Assembly: GCF_030028105.1 (NCBI RefSeq)
Contig: NC_092383.1
Span: forward strand, 97,921,604-97,985,603
Length of the DNA: 64,000 nt
DNA from: Mobula birostris
Taxonomy: Eukaryota
Direction: 5' to 3'
Shown here: positions 1 to 11,444 of the stretch, one piece after another
Layout: the number at the start of each line of letters is the position of its first letter
Position numbering within the stretch: the stretch's first letter is position 1
Notes under the pieces: generated by a model
What the model saw: only the letters and a program-made list of their open reading frames with translations
Told to the model about the DNA's origin: nothing
Databases searched by the model: none
Position numbers and translations under genes: made by a program

Positions 1-965
1 TGTGTTCCATTAACAGAGAGAGGTAGAGAAATTACTGCATTTCTAATGCCTTCTGGGTTGTATGAATACAATGTTCTGCCACTTGGAATGAAAAATGCTC
101 CAAGAACATTCCAGAGAATGATTAATTCTGTAATTCAAGGGTTAGATCACATGGATGCCTATATTGATGATTTTGTCACAGGGAATGACACATGGGAAGG
201 CCATATCTCTGCAGTGGAAAAGCTGTTTGACAGGCTCTCAAAGGCCAAACGTACACTTAACTTAGCTAAGAGTGAATTTGGCTATGCCACTGTGACCTAT
301 CTCGGTTATGTTGTAGGTCAGGGCAGGCTGGCTCCTGTTCAGGCAAAAGTTCAGGCAATTTCTGAGGTTCCCATTCCAACCAGTAAAAAAGCTCTCAGAA
401 GATTATTGGGACTGGTTGGATATTATTGCAAGTTCTGTAAAAACGTTGCTGATATTGCTCTCCCATTGACTAACCTCCTGAAGAAGAGTGAAAAGTTTGT
501 TTGGACAGAGCCTTGTCAGGAGGCATTTGATAAATTGAAAGCCATCTTCTGTCACCAACCTGTGCTCAGGTCAGCTGACTTTGCAAAGCCATTCTCCATA
601 GCTGTGGATGCCAGTGATGAAGCTGCAGGAGCAGTGTTACTACAAAGGATGATTATGATGATGTTGACCATCCTGTGGCTTACCTTTCAAAGGAATTCAA
701 TGAGCATCAAATATATTACTCCACAATAGAGAAGGAATTATTATCACTTATTTTGGCATTGTGGCATTTTGATGTGTATGTTTGCCCAGCTCAGAAACCA
801 CTTGTGGTTTATACAGATCATAATCCATTGGTGTTTTTGAGTAAGGTGAAAAACAAAACTATAAGGTTGTTAAGTTGGAGTTTGATTTTGCAGGAGTATG
901 ATCTCTTGATAACTGACATTAAAGGCAAGGATAATATAATAGCCGATTGTCTTTCCAGATGTTAA
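1..965 (+). mobile_element. Ty3/Gypsy pol fragment (reverse transcriptase + RNase H), frameshifted; probably Gmr1-like
   Basis: ORF 46..729 has LPLGMKNAP-TFQR and YIDD RT motifs. ORF 675..965 has RNase H motifs (YSTIEKELL, VYTDHNPL, NIIADCLSR) and then stops. The two ORFs are in different frames. Confidence 0.92.
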
Positions 966-1143
966 GCTTGCTATATATTTTTTTTAATAGTGGAGTTGAA
1001 TTTACTATTTGTATACGGTTCTGCAATATGTTGTATTAGTCTGTAGTATTCTATATGGTAACCTTATATGTATTGTTCTATATATGCAGTTTGCAGGTAA
1101 AATTTTACTCTTACAGATCAAAATTTTTCTTTTTGGTGGGAGG

Positions 1144-1820
1144 TGTTACGTGACCACTGTTTCGTTTACTGTGAGTGTCACTTTAACACACCAGGATCAG
1201 GTGGGACTATGATGTCAGTATAACAAGTTGTGATGGACCGCTGGAATTTTCAGTAGTAAGAAGAGAGAGAGAGAGAGGAAGCTTTGGACCGCAAGCTGCC
1301 AGCAGGGGCTTTCTGTAAAATGGGTAAAGTCTGATACTTTCCCATGCCCAAAGGATTGGGTTGATCAACACATTGGATGTGTGATTCATATGTGGATTTT
1401 TGTTGGAGTATCCTGTGGCAACCACTTTTGTTGACCCTTACCTGGATTCGGGTGTGTTATATGGTAACCACTTGTGCTGAAGGACATTCCGTGACTGTCA
1501 CCTTGTGATATTTCTACGAGGATTTCGGAATGACTCGACGGATAAGATCTTCGGTGACTGTTACTTCATTTACCCAGCGTGAAAACTGTGAAACTTTTCG
1601 TGATTGCCTCCTCTCTACATCTTAACGTGGTTACAAACCTCTCCCATAATTTATTCCGTGGATTATTGGACCTTTTCTAGTTTGCCATCTGTAGATTTAA
1701 AAACCATTCCTAAGCTTGACAGTTTGGGAGCCACACACACATATAACACTGTTAACTTCTGTTTATTTCGTTTAATCTTTTATATTTTTGTATAGATACT
1801 AATAAAGATAGTGGTTTTAA
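1144..1820 (+). mobile_element. Gypsy LTR, missing its last ~48 bp
   Basis: Begins TGTTACGT right after the purine tract GGTGGGAGG. 1545-1820 is repeated at 2287-2561, and that copy ends ACGTAACA (8-bp terminal inverted repeat). Confidence 0.8.
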
Positions 1821-1928
1821 AAGATAGGGGTTCAGCCGCAATCTGAACAAAATTGGAGCTTCCTGATTGATTATCGATCTGATTGGTTACCTCTCTTTTG
1901 ATTGAGTTGTGTTTGGAAACCAGCAGCA

Positions 1929-2286
1929 ATGGATATTGAGGGATGCCTGGCATTGACAACCCCTGAGGCATTAGGGGAAGCCTAAAAGGATGACTTGTTG
2001 GCCATTGGTAAAAAGCTGGGATTTGTTATGGTAAATAGTCGATGAAAAAGATGGAGATTCAGAGGAGAATAGCAGAGTACTATATTTCTTCGAGGGAGTT
2101 TATAGAGGAGGTGTTAGAAAGGTTTCCCAAAAGTAAATCTCTTATATGGAGGAATTTAAGGTGGGGGCTTATATGGGAGGCAGGGTTTGAGGGTCGGCAC
2201 AACATTGTGGGCCAAAGGGCCTGTACTGTGCTGTACTATTCTATGTTCTGTAAACCAGATCAGTTACAGCTGGAAGAAATGAAGTT
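1929..2286 (+). mobile_element. Degenerate Gypsy gag 5' end, interrupted by a ~105-bp CR1 3'-end insertion (about 2143-2249)
   Basis: Follows the LTR and a PBS-like stretch. Reads MDIEGCLALTTPEALGEA*KDDLLAIGKKLG...KKMEIQRRIAEYY. The insert closely resembles the CR1 tail at 51440-51555. Confidence 0.6.
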
Positions 2287-2609
2287 AGATCTTCGGCGAC
2301 TGTTACTTCATTTACCCAGCGTGAAGTCTGTGGAACTTTTCGTGATTGCCTCCTCTCTGCATTTTAACGTGGTTACAAATCTTTCCCATCATTTATTCCG
2401 TGGTTTACTGGACCTTTTCTATTTTGACATCTTAAGACTTTAAGAACGATTTCTAAGCTTGACAGTTTGGGAGCCACACACGTATAACACTGTTAACTTC
2501 TGTTTATTTCATTTAATCTCTTATATTTTTGAGTAGATACTAATAAAGATAGTGGTTTTAACATTAAAACCTGACTCCATTTGTGATCTGTTGCTGCTGG
2601 TACGTAACA
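2287..2609 (+). mobile_element. 5'-truncated second copy of the Gypsy LTR
   Basis: Diverged direct repeat of 1545-1820 that continues to the terminal CGTAACA. Confidence 0.8.
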
Positions 2610-2799
2610 CCCTGTGTTACAGCTTCACCAGCTGGCAGCTCACCATTTTGAGGTTCTCCTTTTTCTGCTCCCAGAAGGTCCCTCTGAAACCCTCATCAAA
2701 ATGTGTTTGGTGCCCTCAGTGTTACTGGGCCCAGAACTGATCCTGGTGCTCCCAGTGTGGTCTAATCCAGGGATTTGGATTTGGGAGTGTGTGGAATAG

Positions 2800-2880
2800 T
2801 GGGGACTGACAGCAATGGGTATATGACAGGTGATTGGAAAGGGGACTGACGGTAATGGGTATGTGTGAGAGGTTATTGAG
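2800..2880. repeat. Two degenerate units of the 40-bp minisatellite found at 54839-56397
   Basis: GGTGATTGGAAAGGGGACTGACGGTAATGGGTATGTGTGAGAGG matches the large array's unit. Confidence 0.85.
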
Positions 2881-5800
2881 GCAAAACCAGTAGGCTTAAT
2901 AGCAGTAAATGTATTATTTTAGAATTTGCAGGAAACATAAGGACTATGGGGTATCCACCACAAAATAATAACAATAATCAGCATTAGTCTTGGCCCAAAT
3001 TTTTTAAAAATCAACTGCACTCACCATTAATGTTTTCAGAGAAGTGAAATCCGTCTGTTGTTGTGATTGGTGGCGAAAGCATCAATGATTTTCTGGATGT
3101 CAAGTGCTTTGGTCCTACGGCTGTTTATGGCCAACAGGGCTAAGTTGCTGTTCCGAGCATCGCTGCTGCTGTTCCTTAAGTAGTTTTTGATGCGTCTGAG
3201 GCAAGAGAAACTCCGTTCGCATGAGGCAGATGTTACAGGCAGAGTCAGTGATATGCAGATTAGTTTGTATAAATCTATGAATGTATCGCGGTAGGGTCTC
3301 ATTAGAGCTAGAAATTCCACTGTGTCATTCACTGTGTGTCCTTGCTTTTGTTTTGTTTCCAGCAGACGCCAAACCTGATGTAGCTCTGAAGTCGGGTTCG
3401 CTTCAGTCACTCCATAGTATTGGGCCATTGGCCAAAGACAATTTTTGTCGAGGAAGGACTTGTGTTTGGGTCTCAATGCTGGAGACTCCAGTCAGAACAT
3501 TCCCAGTCTCAACTGAGAACTGTCTTTTCATTTCAGTCAGAGGTCTGTCTATAACCGGATAGAAACAGTGGTTGCGAAGGTCATCAGAGGATGTGACAGG
3601 TGTGCATTCAGTTTGGGCCTCAACAACAAAATCATGTAGGTGGCGGGGTGGCTGGGCCTGTCTCCTTTCATGTGGTCTGCTCTGTATACCGGCCTTGATG
3701 CACAGGTCCCTAGCTCTTGTCTGAATTTCACTCCATGATTCCTCTCCCCATTTTGCTGAGAGTGCATCGATGGCAGACTGAGCCAAATCCACAGCAGATG
3801 AAAGCTCCAAACTGGGAGATTGTAGGTGGTCTGACATGAACTTGGTGACTCGGAATAAATCCTCAAACAGAGTGAGAAGTAAAGCAAACTGCTCATCAAT
3901 CAGTACATTTACGGCTCTGGTCTCCAGTTTCCTCCGTGCATTTGGTTGACCCATAATATCTTGTAGTGTAGCTAGAATGGCAGGGAGTGATTTCCTTATA
4001 GCCCACAAAGGTGTATACTGCCATGCCCAGTGTGTATCTGACAATTTCTTCAACGCCATGGGCTGTGCAGTTAATTCCAGTTCTCTCTGTTTCTTCATGA
4101 AATGATCATGGGCAACAGAGTTTGAAACAAAGTTGTAAAGCAGCTGCACAGTTTCAAAAAACTCGCCCGCCCGCTTGTGGTACATTGCTCACAGCATCCA
4201 CTAAAACAAGGTTAAGTCTGTGAACATGGCAGTGTGTATATAATGCCTGTGGGACCTCTTTCCTGAACCTCTCTTGTACCCCGTTACTGCACCCGGACAT
4301 CACTGCCGCCCCGTCATAACACTGACCTATACACACATTCTAATCAATAACACACTGGGCGAGTGTCTGTTCAATGCTTTTAAGAAGCGACTCTGCGTCC
4401 AACCCTTCTGCTGGAGTGAAGTGCAAGAATTCTTCAAGCACTGTTTCATTATTCAAATACTGCACCACCACTGATACTTGCTCCTGTTTACTCAAGTCTT
4501 TACTTTAATTCACCATGATGACAAAATATCCAGCCTCCTTGATTTCTGCACTTACTTGACATCTGACCATATCTGCCATAATACCCATAATTTCATTTTG
4601 GATATCGTGATGGGTGTTTTTTGCATTTACAGGATTGTCCTTTTTTTTTAGCTACAGTCTTATCAAACTTCGCAATTACACTGAGCAACTCAGCAAAGTT
4701 TCCCCTATTGCCAGATCCATCATTCTCCCAGTGTCCTCGCTGGGCAATGCCTTGGCACGCAGTATAGCGTAGAGACTCAACCACTGCTTTCATGTATTCA
4801 CGGTTTTCTTGGACAATCTTTGCATATCCTTTATCAAGCATGTTTCCCAATCTTGAACCGTCTTATTTTCTCAATCTGAATTCGGCCCATGCCTCCATCG
4901 CAAACTTATGAGCTGCACTTACATGGTGGGTTTTGAAAGCTGTTGTAGCTTTCCGCCAGTTGCGGTAACCGGTGACAGTGAAGGTAGACTCAGAATGGAA
5001 CCCATGTCCTCCACTCAGGAAATGCCTGCATGCGAAGCAGAATGTAGCATCTTTTGTGATTGAATATTCCAGCCAGGAGTACAGGTCAAAATAGCCACGA
5101 ATAAAACTCCTTTGCTGATTGCCAGACTGTTGCGAGCAACGAAGGGTACTTTTTCAATGCTGGCCGATGGGGTCCTTCCTCAGGCTGCTGGCTGACATCG
5201 CTAACAGTATTCCCACTCGCACTAAGGGCAGCTTCATCCATGTTCTCTTCTGAATCCCGCTCCATTTCTTGTTCCCCTACTTCGCCCTCACACTCCTTCG
5301 ATGAACTGCTGTCGTCCTCATCCCCACTTACTTCCTTCTGCATGTCACTTTCAATTAAGACATGCTCAGGCTGAGACATCACTGATTCCTCTGGATGAGG
5401 TCGTTTTCTCACTAAAACTGGATCCATTTTTCACGTCGGCCAAAATAATGCACGTGCCAGGCCCACGCTCGCTTGTAAAAGCACAATGTGTGCGCGTGGC
5501 ATCCGTTAGTCTCACGAGACCACGGATCTGCGCCTGGATGTATACTATCAATCTCTCGCATGACTGAGAGTGAGTGATATCACCACCTTAAGTGATCTTA
5601 GATCAGCTTAACTGATCTGAGGACTGCAACGGCGAGACATTGACAACGAACGAATAAGCAGAAGTGTAGAGTGGATCTGACAGAGTTTATAACTTTATTG
5701 CTGTGTGGGTGCTCTGGTAATTGGGGACGCTGTTTCACTAGGTCAACTGGAGAAACAAGTTGTATTCAAAACTATACAGAGAAAGCAAAGCAGCTGCAGT

Positions 5801-5886
5801 TAATTTCTTGGTGGTGCTATGGTGGTGCTATTGCAATTTCTGCTGGGGCTATAGCCCCAGCTAGCACCACCTTAGCGCTGCCCCTG
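2881..5886 (-). mobile_element. hAT DNA transposon, copy A (transposase pseudogene; one end deleted)
   Basis: Broken ORFs 5086..5427, 4593..4850, 3403..4185 and 3036..3476 carry hAT/ZMYM1-like motifs (QGIAQRGH, QCYDGAAVMSG, HCHxHRLNL, LPVTSASCERSFS). The right terminus reads CAGGGGCAGCGC on the - strand. Colinear with 60827-63823. Confidence 0.93.
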
Positions 5887-5894
5887 GTTATCTG

Positions 5895-6230
5895 CCCTGT
5901 CTCATTTCCTAATAGTAGACTAAGTATCAGCAACTCTCGTTGGAACTTCTACACACTGATGAAGGAAACTTTCCTGAACAAATTTGACAAACTCTATCCC
6001 ATCTCGTCCTTTTACAGTATGGGATTCCCAGCCATTATGTGGAAAGTTAAAATCACCTACTACAACAACCTTATGTTTCTGGCAACGGTCTGCGAGCTCT
6101 CTATAAATTTGTTCCTCTAAATCCCACGGACTATTGGCTGTTCTGTAATTTAGCCCCATTAACATGGTCATTCCTTTTTGATTTCTCAGTTCCACCCATA
6201 AGGCCTCACTAGTCAAGTTCTCCAGTCAAC
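5895..6230 (-). mobile_element. CR1-like LINE ORF2 endonuclease fragment
   Basis: ORF 5920..6216 has LWVELRN and VVVGDFNFP. The same sequence flanks hAT copy B at 63832-64000. Confidence 0.85.
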
Positions 6231-6443
6231 CCTGATGGAGCTCTGCGGTGATACTCTCTCTGACTAGTAACGCCAGCCCTCCTCCTTTAATCCCTCCCAC
6301 TCTGTCACATCTAAAACAATGGAACCTCGTAATATTGAGCTGCCAGTCTTGCCCCTCCTGCAATCATGTCTTCCTAATGGCTACAAAGCCATAATTACAG
6401 GTGTTCCGCTGAGGGCCAGCAACATAATCCACTCGATTGTCAG

Positions 6444-6639
6444 GATGACCATCAGGTCCACAGTGATGTAACTGTGGGAGTGTCCCACCACTGGTGAGAA
6501 TGCGATGACCATTAGGTCCACAGTGGTAACTGTGGAAACATCCCACTATCGGTGAGAATGCGATAACCATTAGGCCCGCAGTGGTAACTGTGGATGGGTC
6601 CCACCAGTGGTGAGAATGCGATGACCATCAGGTCCACAG
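6444..6639. repeat. Tandem repeat, 58-60 bp x ~3.3, with internal palindromes
   Basis: Units start GATGACCAT/GATAACCAT at 6444, 6504, 6562 and 6620. Confidence 0.9.
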
Positions 6640-6826
6640 GCCTTAGGAGATACAACCACAGTACAATCCAGTAACAACAGCACAGGGGAGGAGAGATAAA
6701 TTATGGTGGGGCAGGGAGTGGAAGTGTGGGTTGGGGGATCTGTTCCTGCTCTCCTGTGCTGGGTCTTTGACTTTGTGCGGCCTCTTCACCCAGGATTGTT
6801 GAGGCCTCACAAAAGCCCATGATATT

Positions 6827-7382
6827 GTGTGCAGTTTTGGTCCCCTAATCTGAGGAAAGACATCCTTGCCATAGAGGGAGTACAGAGAAGGTTCACCAGA
6901 TTGATTACTGGGATGGCAGGACTTTCATATGAAGAAAGACTGGATGAACTGGGCTTGTACTCGTTGGAATTTAGAAGATTGAGGGGGGATCTGATTGAAA
7001 CGTATAAGATCCTAAAGGGATTGGACAGGCTAGATGCAGGAAGATTGTTCCCGATGTTGGGGAAGTCCAGAACAAGGGGTCACAGTTTGAGGATAGAGGG
7101 GAAGCCTTTTAGGACCGAGATTAGGAAAAACTTCTTCACGCAGAGGGTGGTGAATCTGTGGAATTCTCTGCCACAGGAAACAGTTGAGGCCAGTTCATTG
7201 GCTATATTTAAGAGGGAGTTAGATATGGCCCTTGTGGCTACGGGGGTCAGGGGGTATGGAGGGAAGGCTGGGGCGGTGTTCTGAGTTGGATGATCAGCCA
7301 TGATCATAATAAATGGCGATGCAGGCTCGAAGGGCCGAATGGCCTACTCCTGCACCTATTTTCTATGTTTCTATGTTTCTAT
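6827..7382 (+). mobile_element. CR1-like LINE 3' end with (TTTCTATG)n tail
   Basis: ORF 6829..7284 has LGLYSLEFRRLRGDLIETYKI and FFTQRVVNLWNSLP, followed by a short repeat tail. Same subfamily as 47971-49181. Confidence 0.93.
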
Positions 7383-7884
7383 ATAAAAATCAATCTTCTT
7401 CATGCAGAGAGGCCCGGCTGACCTGAGCTGTGCGCTTTACCATCACACTCTTTCAGGGTCACACCCAGGTGATCTTCCAGCCTCTACCAACAGTATTTCA
7501 TTCCACAGTCACCAATTTTAGAGTGTAAGGAACATTGTCATCTCCACCTACTACGCCCTCCCATCTTTCTCACCAGCATCAGTCAAAGGGAGACAGATCA
7601 CCTCCTTCCATCTCCGCAGCAGATGCATATACCGACTGAGCGCAGATTCCTGCAACTAACTCAGGCTCTGCGAGTGGGTGATGGGTCAGTGTGAACGGAG
7701 CTTGCCTCTGTGTCTAATTTCTGTCCTGTGAGTGTGGGAGGACTGTGTCACTGTTTCATACTAGAAGCAGCCAGTCAGTCAGAGTGTGCTGGGGGAGAGG
7801 GGTTACTGAGGGTCTGAGTGAGGGTGCCGGACTAACATCATTGAGGATACAGTCAGAGACATTGGAGACTACAATTGGAAGGGG

Positions 7885-8035
7885 CGATATGGAGTGGAGT
7901 GATGAGGGGCTGTTTGGAGGGGATGGAGATATTCAAGGGGAGCGGGGTGGTGGAGCAGAGTGATGTGGGGCTGTTTGGAGGGGATGGAGATATTCAAGGG
8001 GAGCGGAGTGGTGGAGCAGAGTGTTGTGGGGCTGT
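7885..8035. repeat. Tandem repeat, ~61 bp x ~2.3
   Basis: GGGGCTGTTTGGAGGGGATGGAGATATTCAAGGGGAGCGG occurs twice, plus a partial third unit. Confidence 0.85.
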
Positions 8036-8172
8036 TTAAAGAGGACTGAGGCACAGTGTTGCAGTGACAGGGAGTTTTCTCTGGCCTGTGGTGGGATGGG
8101 CTGGATCCATTGATTCCTTGTCACTGGGAGTGTGAGGATGGGATTAATGACAGAATCTTTTATCCTTCCCAG

Positions 8173-8343
8173 ATCCAGATCTCAGAACATCATACAATGG
8201 TTGGATGATTGCCACCGTGATCCTCATCGTGATCCTCGTGATCGTCATTCTGTATCTGGTTTATGATAAATGCCACATAAAGCTGCGTGATTCTTGCTCA
8301 CGTGGGAACAAAAGTAAGGGAAAGAAATCCGGTACACCTGACG
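8173..8343 (+). CDS. Transmembrane exon of a type I Ig-superfamily receptor (CD2/SLAM/CEACAM-like)
   Basis: Acceptor TCCTTCCCAG and donor GTAGGT; 171 nt, phase 1/1, open. Reads (D)PDLRTSYNGWMIATVILIVILVIVILYLVYDKCHIKLRDSCSRGNKSKGKKSGTPD: a hydrophobic span followed by a basic juxtamembrane segment. Family assignment is inferred from the linked IgV exons. Confidence 0.8.
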
Positions 8344-9112
8344 GTAGGTGTTTCCCCCACCCCCAAAAAATAATCCAGTACCAAAAACTCTAGCCAGGAA
8401 TAGCAGCAGGAGGGGTTGGGTCTGCAGGCAAGTGTCTCCCATTCCGACCCTGAGGACATGAGGTCCGACCTCAGGAATAAGGAGTCAGGCTGGGGCAAGA
8501 GTGTGAGGTTTGGGAGGAGGAGTTGAACTGGGTAGAGGGTTGTGGAGAGGAGTTGGGGGAAAGGAGTTGGCCACTGCACTCTGTCCCATAGACTCAGTGG
8601 GGACATCAGGGCTGAACAGTGGATCAGTCTGGGTTCTGGTATCCCCCCCCCCCCACCCCCGAGGGAGACACCAAGCACAGACTCCTTTGAAAGAGACACA
8701 GATGCCAGCATCCCAGGAGGGAGTCCCCAGCTCACATGTAGCCACTGAGGAAGACTGCAACACAAGCCACCTCCTTCACCTGGACAGCTAGTACCTCTCC
8801 ACAGACCCAGTTATTGGGTAATGGAGCCCACACCCAATGCAGAGTGAGGAGGTTGGGAGTGGGTTTCCATCCCAGTGGAACTTCTGTTCTTGTTCCACAG
8901 TCCCAGCGGGGTTGGACCCTCACTCTATGGAGAGGACAAGGATTCAGGTGCAGCATAGAAGCAAAGCAAAGGAGGCTTACAATATGGAGAATTTTAATAG
9001 GAAGGTTTTAAGACCTAGTGTGAACAATTTTAAAACCAATAAGGAAAAAAGATGAAAGACAAGGGTAAATTATCCAATAATGTAAAAGAAAATTTCAACA
9101 TCTCTAGCGAAC

Positions 9113-9720
9113 TGCCTGCAAGGATATTGGTTCCCCTTGGATTCGGGTGCAACCCATCCCTTTGGAACAGGTCATAGATTCCCCAGCAGAGATCCCTTTG
9201 ATCCAGAAATCTGAACTCCTGCCCCCTGCACCAGTTCTCAGGTGTACAGTTCTCTGCCCAATGATCCTATTTTGTACCAAGACTTCTCGATGCTGACCCT
9301 CTCCCTTTAGAATGCCATGGACTCGATCTGAGATGTCACTGACCATGGCACCTGGGAGGCAACTTATCATCCCGGTGTCTATTACGTCCACAGAAAACCT
9401 TCTTTACTTCTTTAACCATGGAATCCCCGATCACTACTGTTACTGAAGTCCTCTTCTCCTCCATTCCCTTCTGGGCCGTAGCTCCAGAGTCTAGAGACCT
9501 GGTCATGGTGGCACCTCCCCTGCCTCCCCTCCCCCCCCCCCCCACTCCGGTAGGTCATCCCGCTCAACAGCATCCAACAAGATATCATCATTATTGAGGG
9601 GAATGGCCACAGGGGTACTTTGTACTGGCTGCCCACTGTCTTCTGACAGTCACCCACTTACCTGCCTCCTGCAACTTGGGAGTTACCAGCTCATTGTACC
9701 TCCTGTCATCACCTCTTCTG
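9113..9720 (-). mobile_element. CR1-like ORF1 (SGNH esterase-type) remnant
   Basis: ORFs 9336..9545 and 9104..9391 contain VVIGDSMVK and CLPGAMVSDISDRVHGILKGEG. Confidence 0.75.
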
Positions 9721-9799
9721 GTTTCTGGATCACTGGGGAAGGATGAACTGTACAATAGGGTTGAATAACACCTGAACCCTAGTAGATGGTTAGCTTGAC

Positions 9800-11380
9800 C
9801 TTGGCAATTGGGAAGGTTTTAAAATCGATTATATCAGATGAAATTTCAGGATACTTGGAAGCAGGTGATGGAATAGGGTGAAGTTCGCACAATTTTGTTC
9901 TGATTCTTTGAGAAGGTAACAGGCCAGCTGAGAAAGGAGAGTAAGCTTCAGCAATTTACAAGTACTTTCACAAGGTATTTGACAAAGTTACACTCACGAG
10001 GCTATTGAACAAGATAATACAAAATTTTGAAAGGGATAGATAAGGTAGAAGTAGGAAAGTTGTTTCCATTGCTCGGTGAGACAAGAACTAGGGGATATTA
10101 CCTCAAGATTCAGGGGAGAAGATTTAGGATGGAGATGAGGAGAAAATGTTTTTCCCAGGGAGTGGTTAATCTGTGGAATTCTCTGCCCAGGGAAGCAGTT
10201 GAGGCTTCCTCACAAGATATATTTAAGAAACAGTTAAATAGGTTTTTACACAGTAAGGGAATTAAGGGTTATGGGGAAAAGGCAGGTAGATGGAGATGAG
10301 TTTATGGACAGATCAGCCATGATCTTATTGAATGGTGGGGCAGGCTCGATGGGCTGGATGGCCTACTCCTGCTCCTATTTCTTATGTTCTTATGTTTTTA
10401 AGAGCCCATGGCATCGTTGGTAAGGTACAGCATGGATAGAGGATTGTCTGACTGGCAGAAGTTAGAGAGAGTGGGGATATAAATGCTCTTTTTCGAACAC
10501 CTGCCACAGACCAACGGAGTATCAAAGGTTTCTGGGCTGGGACGGTACCTTTTCACATTACACGTGAATGATCTCGATGAAGGAGCAGATGGCATTGTGG
10601 ATATATCAGGATCAAGATAGCCCGGAGGTACAGTTGGTGTCACAGAGGCACAGAGTCGAGTCTGCTGCAGGACCTGGAGAGGTTGGGAGAATAGGCAAAG
10701 ATGACTCTGAGAGGAAGAATAATGTTGTAGCCTGGAATGAAATGGACAGACAATTCGCGTTGAGTCAGTATTAAAGAAGGGGAATGAATTGTTAGTATTT
10801 AGTTTGGAAGGGTGTGGATATAATAGCAAGAACAAACTGCTGAGGCTTTGTAAGGAGTTGCTTAGACCCCATATGGAATATTGTGAACAATTTGTGTACT
10901 GTATCTAAGGAAATATGTGCTGCCTCTGGAGAGGGTCCAGATAATGTTCACAAGAATAATTGCAGGAGTGGAAGTCTTCAGGTATGAGGAGTGTTTGGCA
11001 GCTTTGGGCCTGAAAAGGATGGACCTCAGAAGAGTGATGGAAAGGATTCACTAAATCATAACAGGTACTGAAATGCCTGGATGACATGAAGGTGCAGAGG
11101 ATGTTTGTCAGTGGGAGAGTCCAGGACACAAGGGCACAGACTCAGAATAAAGAGATGTGCTTTTGGAACTGAGGTGAGAAGGAGTTTTTTCAGCCAGAGG
11201 CCAGGAATCTGGAATTTAAGGATGAGATTAAAAGGTTTTCAATTGGTAGAGTAGTTCAGGGTTACAGAGAAAAGGCAGGAGAATGGGGCTGCATAAGGAA
11301 CCAACCACAAATAAATGATGGAACAGGCTCAAAGGGCTAAATGTCTTAAATTTCCTCTTATATTTTATGGTCTTATGGAT
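9800..11380 (+). mobile_element. Decayed CR1-like LINE fragments, two 3' ends
   Basis: ORF 10027..10299 (QGVVNLWNSLP) is followed by a (TTCTTATG)n tail near 10380-10395. A second decayed RT-to-3' segment follows. Confidence 0.8.
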
Positions 11381-11444
11381 CTGCAGTAAATTGTGCTGAC
11401 CACACTCCTCGATCTTTGACTCTCCATTTCCTGTTCCTTATCCT

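Noticed and set aside
6444-6639. Palindromic repeats as a CRISPR array or as V(D)J RSSs
   Set aside because: The context is vertebrate, with no unique spacers and no cas genes. CACAGTG is not followed by an ACAAAAACC-like nonamer at 12 or 23 bp.
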